NCBI GenBank assembly: GCA_050506795.1
Contig: JBJHCF010000040.1
Location: 1-52,531, forward strand
Source of the DNA: Opitutia bacterium
GTDB taxonomy: Bacteria > Verrucomicrobiota > Verrucomicrobiia > Opitutales > T3Sed10-336
Direction of reading: 5' to 3'
Length of the DNA stretch: 52,531 nt
Below the pieces are notes generated by a model. The model searched no databases. It was not told the DNA's origin and saw nothing but the letters and a program-made list of their open reading frames with translations. Position 1 is the first letter of the stretch, and each line of letters opens with the position of its first letter. A program made the translations under genes and the position numbers. This document shows, piece after piece, positions 20,830-31,022 of this stretch.

Positions 20830-22016
20830 TGAGCGATAAATCGCCGCCGGAGACTATGCCACCGGAGACGATGCCGCCGGAGGCCTCGGATTGCCTTTTG
20901 GTAAAACCGGTCAATCGGGAGACAAAACGCATCTTCGTGGCCGGAACGCGCCAGAACGAGGGGAAAACCACCACCTGCCTCGGGCTTTTCTCGGCTCTGC
21001 AGAAGCGCTTCTCACGGGTAGGCTTCATCAAACCGATTGGACAGCGCTTCATCGAGGTGGAAGGTCACCGGGTGGACGAGGACTCCTTCCTCCTCGACAC
21101 CGTCTACCACGTGCGGGTGCCGATCGACTCCATGAGCCCGATCGCCATCGACACCTCATTCACCCGGCGTTACCTGGAATCTCCGGAAACGCTTCGCCCC
21201 GGTCTGGTCGACAAAATCTGCCGAGCCTTTGACCGCGTTTCCTGGGAAAAGGACATCACCATCATCGAAGGCAGCGGACATGCCGGAGTCGGGTCGGTTT
21301 TCGACCTTTCCAACGCCGCCGTCGCCCGGCTCCTGGGGGCCAAGGCAATTATCGTTTCCCGCGGCGGGATCGGCAACCCGGTCGATGAAATCGCCATGAA
21401 CAAGGCGCTCTTCGACCAGGAGGGGGTGGAAGTGGTGGGCGCAATCCTCAACAAGGTCAATGCCGACAAGATCGAAACCGTCAGGGAATACGCGGGGCTT
21501 GGACTTCGCCGTCTGGGAATCCCGCTGCTCGGGGTTTTGCCCATCCAAAAGACCCTATCGGCTCCGAACATGTCCCAGGTGGCGGAAGAAATCGACGGGC
21601 GCTGGTTGAACGGCAAAAGCCACGGCGCCGGGGAACGGATCTACCGTTTCATCATCGCCACCATGTCGGCCAAAAGCATGTTCGACTACCTCAGTCCCGG
21701 GACGATTCTCATCACGGCGGGCGACCGGGACGATATTCTTCTCGCCGCCATCGCCCAGGCCGCCATTTCCGGGAACAAGGTTCTCTCCGGAATCATTCTC
21801 CCACGCGATGTGATGCCCCATGACCGGATCATGGAACTTCTGGTGCAAACGAACATACCCGTCGTGGTCGCCACGGAGGGCAGTTACGTCATAGCCTCAA
21901 AAATTACCGGCATGACCATTAAAACGCAACCCCAGGACCATGACAAGATCCCCGTCATTGAAGCACTGATACGGGAAAATGTGGACATCGATCGTTTGGT
22001 CGCGAGCCTGGCCTGA
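20829..22016 (+). CDS. BioD-like P-loop + DRTGG domain protein (homolog of the Pta N-terminal regulatory region)
   Basis: GTRQNEGKTT P-loop, FIKPIG, IIEGSGH, ITAGDRDD; TGATG stop/start overlap with pta. Confidence 0.82.
   Translation: MSDKSPPETMPPETMPPEASDCLLVKPVNRETKRIFVAGTRQNEGKTTTCLGLFSALQKRFSRVGFIKPIGQRFIEVEGHRVDEDSFLLDTVYHVRVPIDSMSPIAIDTSFTRRYLESPETLRPGLVDKICRAFDRVSWEKDITIIEGSGHAGVGSVFDLSNAAVARLLGAKAIIVSRGGIGNPVDEIAMNKALFDQEGVEVVGAILNKVNADKIETVREYAGLGLRRLGIPLLGVLPIQKTLSAPNMSQVAEEIDGRWLNGKSHGAGERIYRFIIATMSAKSMFDYLSPGTILITAGDRDDILLAAIAQAAISGNKVLSGIILPRDVMPHDRIMELLVQTNIPVVVATEGSYVIASKITGMTIKTQPQDHDKIPVIEALIRENVDIDRLVASLA
20841..20885 (+). repeat. In-frame 15-bp tandem repeat x3 (SPPET-MPPET-MPPEA)
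   Basis: tcgccgccggagact atgccaccggagacg atgccgccggaggcc. Confidence 0.75.
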
Positions 22017-22061
22017 ACCGATTGCCGTTCGAATCGCCCGGGCCAAATCGAACGGCGATCG

Positions 22062-23216
22062 TTACCGGTTCAACGTTTCCTCCAACTGATCCAGCGCCGC
22101 CTCGGTTTCCGCGAAAAGGCGTTGCGCCTGGCGATAATCCTGTCGAAACAAGTCCACCGCCTCGCGGAATACAGCTTCGTTATCCTCGCTCAAGGCTACC
22201 ATCGCCTGACCCAGGGAGAGCACCGCGTTGAAATGGTACGGATGAATGGTCCGCACCTCCAGATTGATTCTTTGGATCCGATACGCCAGTTCCTCGCGCA
22301 ACAACGGCTCCCGGCGGTGTTCCCAAAGTTCGTCGATCGGCAGACGAACTTCATCTCCCTCCCGTTGAAACGAGAACGAATAAAACGAACGCAAAACCTG
22401 TTGGGAATCGCGAAAATGGCTCTGAGTCAGCGCCCTTCGCTGCAGGCGATCCAACGCACCGACCCGCCACCAAAGATCCATCTGTTCGTCTCCGGAAATC
22501 ACCGGGCCGAAAGTCGCCATCAGGGCCGATCTCGGTTCCTGGCCCCGCAACAAACGGATAACGAAATTGTGGGTGCGATCGGATCCCCTTCCCTGATGCT
22601 CCAGGTGACGCAAAAACCAATAGGCATTGTCGGCGAACCGTCGGTCGAAATCCTCATCCTCTTCGGCCAACAGCAAGGCATCCAACGAGATTGGTCCCTG
22701 CTCCCTCAGCATGCGGGCCATGGAATCGACATACGACGGATTCCCGGCGGCCTGTATCGATCGCTGTAACGCCGCTTCCAACCAGACCGGAACCGACATT
22801 TCCTCATTGGCCACGCCGTGCCAAACCGCCACTCGCAGTAACAATGCTCGAGCCAGAGCCCGCTGCAAATCCTCCAGTTCGGTCTCCGCATCCCAGCGCA
22901 CAACCAAACTCACGCCCCCGGACAGTTCAATCTGAGTCCGAAAGGGTTCCGGCCAGCGGTACAAATGCCCCGGTCGCAACTCAACGCGAATGCGGCTGGC
23001 GGGTGAGCCCGCCGGAAGCCGCAGCCACTGACGGGTGCTTTCGACCAACCTATGAGAACTCCGGCTGGCGAACTCGGCGCTTACCAGATCGTACGCAACT
23101 ACTTCAAAATGGGGAGTGCGCAGGGTCGACAATATTACCGCCCCCTGCCCCGATTCCGCCGCCGTCAGCAACGGAACTATTAAGAGCAGACCAGTCCAGC
23201 GAAAAACACACCCCAT
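22062..23216 (-). CDS. Hypothetical secreted protein (possible catalytically dead peptidase MA-like fold)
   Basis: Signal peptide, TPHFEVV, VPVWLEAAL; translationally coupled to upstream gene. Confidence 0.65.
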   Translation of the reverse strand: MGCVFRWTGLLLIVPLLTAAESGQGAVILSTLRTPHFEVVAYDLVSAEFASRSSHRLVESTRQWLRLPAGSPASRIRVELRPGHLYRWPEPFRTQIELSGGVSLVVRWDAETELEDLQRALARALLLRVAVWHGVANEEMSVPVWLEAALQRSIQAAGNPSYVDSMARMLREQGPISLDALLLAEEDEDFDRRFADNAYWFLRHLEHQGRGSDRTHNFVIRLLRGQEPRSALMATFGPVISGDEQMDLWWRVGALDRLQRRALTQSHFRDSQQVLRSFYSFSFQREGDEVRLPIDELWEHRREPLLREELAYRIQRINLEVRTIHPYHFNAVLSLGQAMVALSEDNEAVFREAVDLFRQDYRQAQRLFAETEAALDQLEETLNR

Positions 23217-23887
23217 TAAGGAAGTTCAACAATCAAACGGTCACCCTGGACTTCGGCCCGGGTCATTCGTGACCATGACTCGGACAATTCCTCGGGAGTT
23301 TCGATCGCCGAAAACACCCGTTCGACCAGGAGTTTAATCAATCCATCGTGCGGGACGCGAAATCCACCCAGCGCCAGACTCTCGGGGGCAAAAACATGCC
23401 GTCCATCACGCTGAACCAGGTTGCCCCGAGTCTGCGCCAGGTATTCTCCGCCAAACCCGAAAATACTCACCTCCAAGCTGGACGCGATGTGCAGACGGTC
23501 ATCCTCAACCCTAAAATTGATACTGCGCGGAATGATCGCGACCATACCCTCGGAATCCATGTCTTCCAGGTCCGGGAACGCGATCGCCGCCCACTGATTC
23601 AATTCCTCCTCGACCAATTCGATGCTGCCGGACACTCCCGTCTCAAAGGCCGTCACCTTCGGCCGCCAGTCGAAATCCAAGGCGCTTCCCGTGCGCCCCT
23701 CCACAAAATAGACGGTCCTGCGGTCCTGCTGTGCTTCAGGCGGAAGTTCATCAACCTCCTCCACCGGCTGGGCGATCAGGTAAACCGCCGCCAGCAGCAA
23801 TCCCAGTATGACGCTCAGGAATGCGCCAATGATGACCTCATAAGGTTTCGGCCCCTTGGGCTCTTCTTTTTTTCTTGCGGACGCCAT
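23216..23887 (-). CDS. Hypothetical protein with single N-terminal TM helix
   Basis: Basic N-terminus then IIGAFLSVILGLLLAAVYLIA; operon position. Confidence 0.7.
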   Translation of the reverse strand: MASARKKEEPKGPKPYEVIIGAFLSVILGLLLAAVYLIAQPVEEVDELPPEAQQDRRTVYFVEGRTGSALDFDWRPKVTAFETGVSGSIELVEEELNQWAAIAFPDLEDMDSEGMVAIIPRSINFRVEDDRLHIASSLEVSIFGFGGEYLAQTRGNLVQRDGRHVFAPESLALGGFRVPHDGLIKLLVERVFSAIETPEELSESWSRMTRAEVQGDRLIVELP

Positions 23888-23898
23888 ACGATTTCCAA

Positions 23899-24210
23899 TC
23901 AGTCTTTGGCCGCTCCGGTTCCGGCGACCTTTTTGTTTTCGGAAGACGTTCCGGACGCCTTACCCGATGCTGAATCACTGCCCGAGGAGGAAGATCCGGC
24001 ACTCTTTTCACCGCCTCCGGCGGGCGCCTTGCGGTAGTCCGTCTGGTAAAATCCGGAACCTTTGAAAATAATCCCCGCGCCTTGCCCAATCATCCGGCGA
24101 AGGCCTTGCTCCTCACAGGAAGGACAATCCACCAAAGGATCCGCCTTGATCGATTGAAAGGTTTCAAAGCGATGCCCGCAAGCCTGACAAGCGTATTCGT
24201 AAGTTGGCAT
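23899..24210 (-). CDS. FmdB-family zinc-ribbon protein
   Basis: MPTYEYAC..CGH.FE...CPSC...FKGSGFY.TDY plus Ser/Gly-rich tail. Confidence 0.9.
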   Translation of the reverse strand: MPTYEYACQACGHRFETFQSIKADPLVDCPSCEEQGLRRMIGQGAGIIFKGSGFYQTDYRKAPAGGGEKSAGSSSSGSDSASGKASGTSSENKKVAGTGAAKD

Positions 24211-24220
24211 AGTGTGTCGA

Positions 24221-24841
24221 TTACAGAAATGAATAGGGCCCAACCTGTCCCGGCCGCCCTCCGGTTTCCAACTGATGGAACTTTGAAAAGTAAAAATTAA
24301 ATACCGGAATTGCGCCAACAAAAAACGCGAACGGCAGTACCGGCGCCCCGGCCAGCAGGAAGCCCAGAAAAGCGAAGGTTGGCACCGCAAATTCTCTCGC
24401 TTCCACTTGCAGCATTTCCAAAAGCCGTTTGATTTCAAGCGCGTCGGCAACCCTGGCGTGGGTTTGAAAGCGGTACAGAGCGGCGGCGGTCAGGGGCGCG
24501 GCGGCCACCACGGCGGGAATCATGGGAACATAGGAAAGCGGACCAAAGAGATTGACGAACGGCAAGCGGCTTAAAAGGTAGGTTGCCAAGAGGGGAACTC
24601 CGGCAAACGCGAGAATTATGAGAAAGAAAATCAGTCCATCCATGAAAAGACGATGCCAGTCGTTCCAGTCCGGCAACGTCAATGGCAGACCCTGTCGCGT
24701 CTCATCCAACAGGCGATAAAGATAACCCAGAGCGAAAAAATTGACCACCGGCACCGCCATCAGAACCCCGCCCAGCAGGCATTTCCAGCCCCAATCCGAT
24801 TGAGAAGTCAGCCTGCGCCAGCCATTTTCGAAACTCAACAT
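24221..24841 (-). CDS. DUF4013-like membrane protein
   Basis: KCLLGG....VP.VNFFALGY......LPDW.DW..LFMDG pattern. Confidence 0.7.
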   Translation of the reverse strand: MLSFENGWRRLTSQSDWGWKCLLGGVLMAVPVVNFFALGYLYRLLDETRQGLPLTLPDWNDWHRLFMDGLIFFLIILAFAGVPLLATYLLSRLPFVNLFGPLSYVPMIPAVVAAAPLTAAALYRFQTHARVADALEIKRLLEMLQVEAREFAVPTFAFLGFLLAGAPVLPFAFFVGAIPVFNFYFSKFHQLETGGRPGQVGPYSFL

Positions 24842-24843
24842 AA

Positions 24844-25758
24844 GTGAAATATTCAAGTCACAGTAGCGATTCGACGACGGACCTCAAAACAAAACTTCAG
24901 GACTACAAGGCGCGCTTTGAAACCGCCATGGACGCCCTGCTGCCCCCGGATTCCACCCGGCCCGCCCGTCTCCATCAGGCGATGCGGTACAGCATGGAAT
25001 CGGGCGGCAAACGGCTGCGGCCCGCCCTGCTGCTCGCGGCGGCGGAACTGGTTCCGGGAAAGGCCGATCCGCTTCCCGCCGCGACCGCGGTCGAATGTAT
25101 TCATACCTATTCCCTTATCCATGACGACCTTCCCTGCATGGACGACGGCGATCTGCGCCGGGGTAAACCCTCCTGCCACAAACAATTCGACGAAGCCACG
25201 GCCGTCCTGGCAGGGGACGCCCTGAACACTTATGCCTTCCTCCTGTTGGCCCGGCACTATGGAACGGAACCCGCGCTGGCCGCCGAACTGATTGAGGATC
25301 TAGCCTTTGCGGCCGGCAGCGAGCGGTTGATCGGGGGGCAAACCGAAGACATTGAGGCCGAGCTTTTGGGGGACGCTGATCCGGAAAAAGTCGATTACAT
25401 TCATCGAAACAAGACTGCCGCCCTGATGGCGGCCAGCCTGACCATGGGTGGACGCCTCTCGGCGGCCGGACGGGAGCAAATCGAACGCCTGGGCCGCATC
25501 GGAATGCACCTCGGCATCGCCTTCCAAATCGTCGACGATATCCTGGATGTCATTGGAGACACCGGCACCCTCGGTAAAACCACCGGATCCGACCAGGCGG
25601 CGGACAAGGCCACCTATGTCAGCCAGCACGGCCTGGATCGCTCACGGGAGGAAGCCCAACACCACACCGGGAGCGCCATCGAGGAATGCCGCTCCCTGGA
25701 AGGCGACCCGACCTTCCTGATCGAACTCATCCGCTCGATGGAACACCGGATCCAATAG
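24844..25758 (+). CDS. ispA: Polyprenyl synthetase (farnesyl diphosphate synthase/geranyltranstransferase)
   Basis: GGKRLRP, HTYSLIHDDLPCMD..DLRRG, GQ..D, KT, FQIVDDILD; start uncertain. Confidence 0.88.
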   Translation: MKYSSHSSDSTTDLKTKLQDYKARFETAMDALLPPDSTRPARLHQAMRYSMESGGKRLRPALLLAAAELVPGKADPLPAATAVECIHTYSLIHDDLPCMDDGDLRRGKPSCHKQFDEATAVLAGDALNTYAFLLLARHYGTEPALAAELIEDLAFAAGSERLIGGQTEDIEAELLGDADPEKVDYIHRNKTAALMAASLTMGGRLSAAGREQIERLGRIGMHLGIAFQIVDDILDVIGDTGTLGKTTGSDQAADKATYVSQHGLDRSREEAQHHTGSAIEECRSLEGDPTFLIELIRSMEHRIQ

Positions 25759-25804
25759 GTCAACGATTTACCGGCCAGTAGGGAGAAGCGAAAAACAACC
25801 CCTC

Positions 25805-26581
25805 CTATTTCGACGCTTTCTCCGCCGCTTTGACCAGATCCCCGAACGAACGCCCCTCCAACGCGGCGCCCCCGATCAAACCGCCGTCAATATTCGGCTT
25901 TGCCAGCAGATCGTCCGCATTGGACGGCTTCATGGAACCGCCGTAAACGATCCTGAGGCGTTCGGAAACCGCGCTGTCAAAACGTTTACCCAACCAGGTG
26001 CGAATGAAGGCGTGCACTTCTTCGGCCTGTTCCGGAGACGCGGTTTTACCCGTACCAATCGCCCAAACCGGCTCGTAGGCGATCACCACCCGCTCGACAT
26101 CCTCCGCGGAAACATCGGCCAAGCCTCCATTCAACTGGGTTTCGATGACGTCAAAGGTCTTTTCGGCCTCTCGTTCCTCCAGGGTCTCACCCACGCAGAG
26201 GATGGGCCGCAGCCGGTTCTCCAAAGCGGACTTGACCTTGGCGTTCACAAAATCGTCGGTTTCCCCGAAGAGGGTCCGGCGTTCGCTGTGCCCGAGGATC
26301 ACATAATCCACATAAAGGTGCCGCAACATCTCCGGTGAAATCTCGCCGGTGAAAGCGCCATTGCTCTCAGGATACATGTTCTGCGCACCGACCTTGATAG
26401 TGGAATCCTCCAGCACCCGCACCACCGCCTGCAAGGAGGTGAACGGGGGACAAACCACCGTGTCGACATCGTACCGCTGTCCGACCGACCGGGCCAGTTC
26501 TTTGGCCAACGTGACGGATTCCGCCACGTTCTTGTTCATTTTCCAATTCCCTGCAATTAGGTACTTCCGCGTTGAACTCAT
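25805..26581 (-). CDS. tpiA: Triosephosphate isomerase
   Basis: AGNWKMN, GHSERR, AYEPVWAIGTG, YGGS. Confidence 0.98.
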   Translation of the reverse strand: MSSTRKYLIAGNWKMNKNVAESVTLAKELARSVGQRYDVDTVVCPPFTSLQAVVRVLEDSTIKVGAQNMYPESNGAFTGEISPEMLRHLYVDYVILGHSERRTLFGETDDFVNAKVKSALENRLRPILCVGETLEEREAEKTFDVIETQLNGGLADVSAEDVERVVIAYEPVWAIGTGKTASPEQAEEVHAFIRTWLGKRFDSAVSERLRIVYGGSMKPSNADDLLAKPNIDGGLIGGAALEGRSFGDLVKAAEKASK

Positions 26582-26595
26582 AATTCTCTCCAGAT

Positions 26596-27801
26596 TTATT
26601 TGGTGTCGAGCGCCGCCACACCCGGCAGCGTCTTGCCTTCCAGGTACTCAAGGCTGGCGCCTCCCCCGGTGCTGATAAAACTCACTTTTTCCGAAACCCC
26701 GCTCTTGCGCACCGCCTTGACGGAATCACCGCCACCAATGATGGAAACGCAGTTGGCGTTTCCGGCAACCGCCTCGGCAATGGCAAAACTGCCCTTGCTG
26801 CAGGCTTCAATTTCAAAAATCCCCATCGGACCATTCCACAGGACCGTTTTCGCGCCGGCAATTTCACGGTTAAAACGGGCGATGGTTTTCGGTCCGATAT
26901 CCACCCCTTCCCATCCGTCGGGGATGTCCTCCCCTTCGCCGGTAAAACGACTTTGTCCGATTGTTCGGGCATCGAAATCCACCGAATCGACAATCATATT
27001 GTCCACCGGCAGCATAAAAGTCACCCCGCGCTCCTCCGCCTTTTTCAACGCGGCGCGAGCCACATCGACCCGATCGGGTTCGGAAAGGCTGTCCCCCACC
27101 TTGCCTCCCTGGGCAAGCTTGAAGGTGTAGGCCATCGCCCCCCCAATCAGAATGGTGTCCGCCTTCTCCAAAAGCGCGTCAATGACCTTGATCTTGTCGC
27201 TGACCTTGGCACCGCCAAGAATCACCACAAAAGGCCTATCCGGTTTTTCGGTGTGATCGCCGAGGAATTTCAGTTCCTTTTCCATCAGGAAACCGGCCAC
27301 GCAGGCATCCACGAATTGCGTGACCCCGGCGGTGGACGCATGCGCCCGATGGGCGGTGCCGAAAGCATCATTGACGTAGACCTCGGCCAGCCGGGCCAAT
27401 GCCCGGGCCATTTCCTCGCCGTTCTTCTCCTCGGCCTCGTAAAAGCGCAGGTTCTCCAGGAGCACGACGTTGCCGTCCTTCATCTGTTTTACCGCATCCT
27501 CCACCTCGTCGCCGACACAGTCCTCAAGAAATAGAACCGGCTGACCCAATTTATCCGCAAGGTCGGAAGCGACCGGCCGCAAACTGTATTTGGGGTCGCG
27601 CTTGCCCTTTGGACGGCCCAGGTGGCTCATCAGAATGACCCGGGCCCCTTTGTCCAGCAAGTGCTTGATCGTGGGGAGAGCGCCGGCGATACGGCTGTCA
27701 TCCGACACTTTGCCGTCTTCCAACGGAACGTTAAAATCCACCCGCACCAGTACCCGTTTACTGGATACATCAACATCCTTGACCGTTTTTACCGCGGACA
27801 T
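26596..27801 (-). CDS. pgk: Phosphoglycerate kinase
   Basis: [38 protein letters not shown]. Confidence 0.98.
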   Translation of the reverse strand: MSAVKTVKDVDVSSKRVLVRVDFNVPLEDGKVSDDSRIAGALPTIKHLLDKGARVILMSHLGRPKGKRDPKYSLRPVASDLADKLGQPVLFLEDCVGDEVEDAVKQMKDGNVVLLENLRFYEAEEKNGEEMARALARLAEVYVNDAFGTAHRAHASTAGVTQFVDACVAGFLMEKELKFLGDHTEKPDRPFVVILGGAKVSDKIKVIDALLEKADTILIGGAMAYTFKLAQGGKVGDSLSEPDRVDVARAALKKAEERGVTFMLPVDNMIVDSVDFDARTIGQSRFTGEGEDIPDGWEGVDIGPKTIARFNREIAGAKTVLWNGPMGIFEIEACSKGSFAIAEAVAGNANCVSIIGGGDSVKAVRKSGVSEKVSFISTGGGASLEYLEGKTLPGVAALDTK

Positions 27802-27847
27802 GGGCTTTCCCTTTCAGATAGAAACAATTAGATCAGGTTAATAAACC

Positions 27848-27886
27848 CGGCGCGCCGTTACATTCATTATGTTGAACGGCGCGCCG
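27848..27886 (-). terminator. Intercistronic stem-loop between gap and pgk (leaky terminator or mRNA stabiliser)
   Basis: CGGCGCGCCGTT...AACGGCGCGCCG 12-bp inverted repeat with only a weak U-tract. Confidence 0.55.
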
Positions 27887-27904
27887 AGAAGGTCGAAACG
27901 CGCC

Positions 27905-28927
27905 TTACAGGAAGCTGGAAACCTTGCGAATGACGTCGATGCAGCGGCAACTGTACCCCCACTCGTTGTCATACCAGCTCACCAGCTTAAAGAATCGGTT
28001 ATTCAATCCAATCCCGGAACCGGCGTCGAAGATCGAAGAGGCCTCGCAGTGAATGAAATCCGAGGAAACCACTTCGTCTTCCGTGTATTCCAGAATCCCC
28101 TTCAAGGGGCCGTTGGCGGCTTCCTTCATCTTTTCGCAAATCTCTTTGTAGGAAGTCTCCTTAACCGTGCGGACGGTAAGGTCCACCACGGAAACCGTGG
28201 GTGTGGGAACGCGGAAGGCCATTCCGGTCAGTTTACCCTGAACCTCGGGCAGCACCAACCCGACCGCTTTGGCGGCTCCAGTGGTGGACGGAATGATGTT
28301 GATGGCCGCGGAGCGCCCCCCCTTCATGTCCTTGGGAGACGGGCCATCCACCGTTTTCTGGGTGGCGGTGTACGAGTGCACCGTGGTCATAAGCCCCTCT
28401 TCGATGCCGAAATTGTCGAGCACCACCTTGGTAATCGGCGCCAGACAGTTCGTCGTGCAGGAGGCGTTTGAAATAACGTGATCGTCCGCCGTGATCGTGT
28501 CGTCGTTGACTCCAACCACGACCGTCTTCACATCGCCCTTGCCGGGAGCGGAGATGATCACCTTCTTCGCTCCGGCCTCGATATGCCCCCTGGCCTTCAC
28601 GTCCTGGACGAACAAGCCGGTCGATTCGACGACGATATCCACCCCAAATTCCTTCCAGGGAAGCTGGGCCGGTTCGGCGCGATGGGACAGACACTTGATT
28701 TTGTGTCCGTTGACGACCAGAACGTCGTCGCCTTCGGTCGTGATGGTACCGTTGAAGCGCCCCTGGATGGAGTCGTATTTCAACAGGTAGGCAAGGTTAA
28801 CCGCGGGAACGAGGTCGTTGATCGCGACCACGTCGATTTCCTTGCCCAGGAGTCCCCGGTCGACCAGCGACCGGAAAACCAGACGGCCGATTCGCCCGAA
28901 TCCGTTGATTGCTAATTTTACTGCCAT
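27905..28927 (-). CDS. gap: Type I glyceraldehyde-3-phosphate dehydrogenase
   Basis: [30 protein letters not shown]. Confidence 0.98.
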   Translation of the reverse strand: MAVKLAINGFGRIGRLVFRSLVDRGLLGKEIDVVAINDLVPAVNLAYLLKYDSIQGRFNGTITTEGDDVLVVNGHKIKCLSHRAEPAQLPWKEFGVDIVVESTGLFVQDVKARGHIEAGAKKVIISAPGKGDVKTVVVGVNDDTITADDHVISNASCTTNCLAPITKVVLDNFGIEEGLMTTVHSYTATQKTVDGPSPKDMKGGRSAAINIIPSTTGAAKAVGLVLPEVQGKLTGMAFRVPTPTVSVVDLTVRTVKETSYKEICEKMKEAANGPLKGILEYTEDEVVSSDFIHCEASSIFDAGSGIGLNNRFFKLVSWYDNEWGYSCRCIDVIRKVSSFL

Positions 28928-29159
28928 AGTTCTATTCCCTTTTCTTATTCACTCTAGGTGTGGTGGCGTGCATTGAGCCTCCCTGTGTGGCTGCCTTCAG
29001 GACTGTCCGACATATGGAAGACTCCAGCCGCATCTCAACACAAGGGAGCGCCCCGGGGTTTGGCAAGAAAGAATAAAATTTCTCCGGAAAAACCTCCCGG
29101 ATAAGGCCCGCAAAATCCCTTTACTTCCCGACTCGCACCCGGTTACTCTGGAGATCGCT

Positions 29160-30962
29160 ATGACGGAACGCTCTTCCCGATCCCAAAAACCAAAAGCCGA
29201 ACCCAAAAACGCTTCACGCAAAGCCGTCAAAACGACGAGCGAAAAAGCTCCTCGCGAGGAATCGAAGAAAAAGCAACCGGCGCCGGGGCGGGCGCCGCGT
29301 TCCACTCCGGAAAAAGCCCGGACCCGACCGGGCGGACTGGCCCCCGAGATCCTCGACGAACTCGAGCAGGCGGCGGAAGCGGGTTACAACCAGGAGGAAA
29401 TCGCACGCAAAAGGGAATCGACTCCGGTTCCGGCCCTGCCGGAAACCTATCCGGACGCTTCCAGAGCATTCCTCCATCCGGGCATCCCCAATCTGTTCAC
29501 TGTCATGATCACGCCCGAACTGGCGCCGGTGGCGAAGATCGGCGGATTGGCGGACGTGGTTTTCGGGCTCACCCGTGAGTTGGAGATTCGCGGCAACGCG
29601 GTGGAGATCATTCTTCCCAAATACGACTGCCTCCGTTGGGACCACATTCGCGATTTCCAACCCGTCTTCGGTGATCTCTGGGTTCCGTGGTATGACGGCG
29701 CCGTGCACTGCACGGTTTATTTCGGTTTTGTGCACGACCGGAAATGCTTCTTTATCGAGCCGCATTCAGAGGACCGCTTTTTCGATCGGGACAAGGTTTA
29801 TGGAGATCCCGACGACATCATGAGGTTCGCCTTTTTCTCGCGGGCCGCCATGGAGTTCCTCTTCCGGTCGGGAAAACACCCGGACATCATTCACTGCCAC
29901 GATTGGCAAACCGCCCTGGCGCCGGTTTTCCTCTACGAGATCTATCAGCATCTCGGGATGTCGCATCCACGCGTCTGTTACACCATCCATAATTTCAAAC
30001 ACCAGGGGCTTTGCGGCGCCGGCCTATTGCGGGCGACCGGCCTGCACCGCCCGGAATACTTTTTCGACCAAACCCGCCTCGGCTGGAACGGCCCCGACTG
30101 TCTCAATTTGATGAAGGGCGGCATCGTCTACAGCAATTTCATCACCACCGTCTCACCCACCTACGCGGGGGAGGCGAAGGACGGCGGCAATGCCTTCGGT
30201 CTCGAACCGGTACTGCACACCCACCAGGTCAAATACGGCGGGGTGCTCAATGGCATCGATTGCGAGGTCTGGAATCCGGCGGCCGACCCCTACCTCCCCG
30301 CCCGCTACGACGCGACCAATCTGGAAGGCAAGTACATCAACAAACGCGCCCTGCGCGAAAGGATGCTCCTGGCCGACAACGAACGGCCCATCGTGGCCTA
30401 CGTGGGGCGACTGGATTCGCAAAAAGGCCTGGATCTGGTCCGCCACGCCATCTTTTACTGCGTGAATCACGGAGCGCAGTTCGTCCTGCTGGGCAGCGCC
30501 CCGGAAGAATCGGTCAACGATCACTTCCGGCGCATCAAGGGGGAAATCAACGAAAATCCCGATTCCCACCTCGAGATTGGGTTTCAGGAGGAACTCTCCC
30601 ACCTCATCTACGCCGGGGCCGACATGATCATCGTCCCCAGCCGATTCGAACCGTGCGGCCTCACCCAGCTCATCGGCATGCGCTACGGCACCATTCCCAT
30701 CGTCCGCTCGGTCGGGGGTCTGGCCGATACCGTTTTCGACAAAGACTATTCCGACAAACCGCTCTCCCAACGAAACGGCTACGTCTTTCACCACGACGAT
30801 CACCTGGGCCTGGAGTCGGCCCTGGCCCGCGCGATCGCGTGTTACTACACGTACCCCGAGCATTTCCGGCACCTCATAGTCAACGCGATGCACTCCGATT
30901 ACTCCTGGAACGTACCCGGCCAGCATTATCTCAACATCTATGACCATATCCGGACCAAATAA
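29160..30962 (+). CDS. glgA: Glycogen synthase (GT5) with N-terminal charged extension
   Basis: ELAPVAKIGGLADV, HCHDWQT, TIHN, GRLDSQKG, PSRFEPCGLTQL. Confidence 0.93.
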   Translation: MTERSSRSQKPKAEPKNASRKAVKTTSEKAPREESKKKQPAPGRAPRSTPEKARTRPGGLAPEILDELEQAAEAGYNQEEIARKRESTPVPALPETYPDASRAFLHPGIPNLFTVMITPELAPVAKIGGLADVVFGLTRELEIRGNAVEIILPKYDCLRWDHIRDFQPVFGDLWVPWYDGAVHCTVYFGFVHDRKCFFIEPHSEDRFFDRDKVYGDPDDIMRFAFFSRAAMEFLFRSGKHPDIIHCHDWQTALAPVFLYEIYQHLGMSHPRVCYTIHNFKHQGLCGAGLLRATGLHRPEYFFDQTRLGWNGPDCLNLMKGGIVYSNFITTVSPTYAGEAKDGGNAFGLEPVLHTHQVKYGGVLNGIDCEVWNPAADPYLPARYDATNLEGKYINKRALRERMLLADNERPIVAYVGRLDSQKGLDLVRHAIFYCVNHGAQFVLLGSAPEESVNDHFRRIKGEINENPDSHLEIGFQEELSHLIYAGADMIIVPSRFEPCGLTQLIGMRYGTIPIVRSVGGLADTVFDKDYSDKPLSQRNGYVFHHDDHLGLESALARAIACYYTYPEHFRHLIVNAMHSDYSWNVPGQHYLNIYDHIRTK

Positions 30963-31022
30963 ATCCTGGATCGAATTTCCTTCATCCCTTCCCACGGATA
31001 GGGACCGGCTTCCCTGCCCGCC

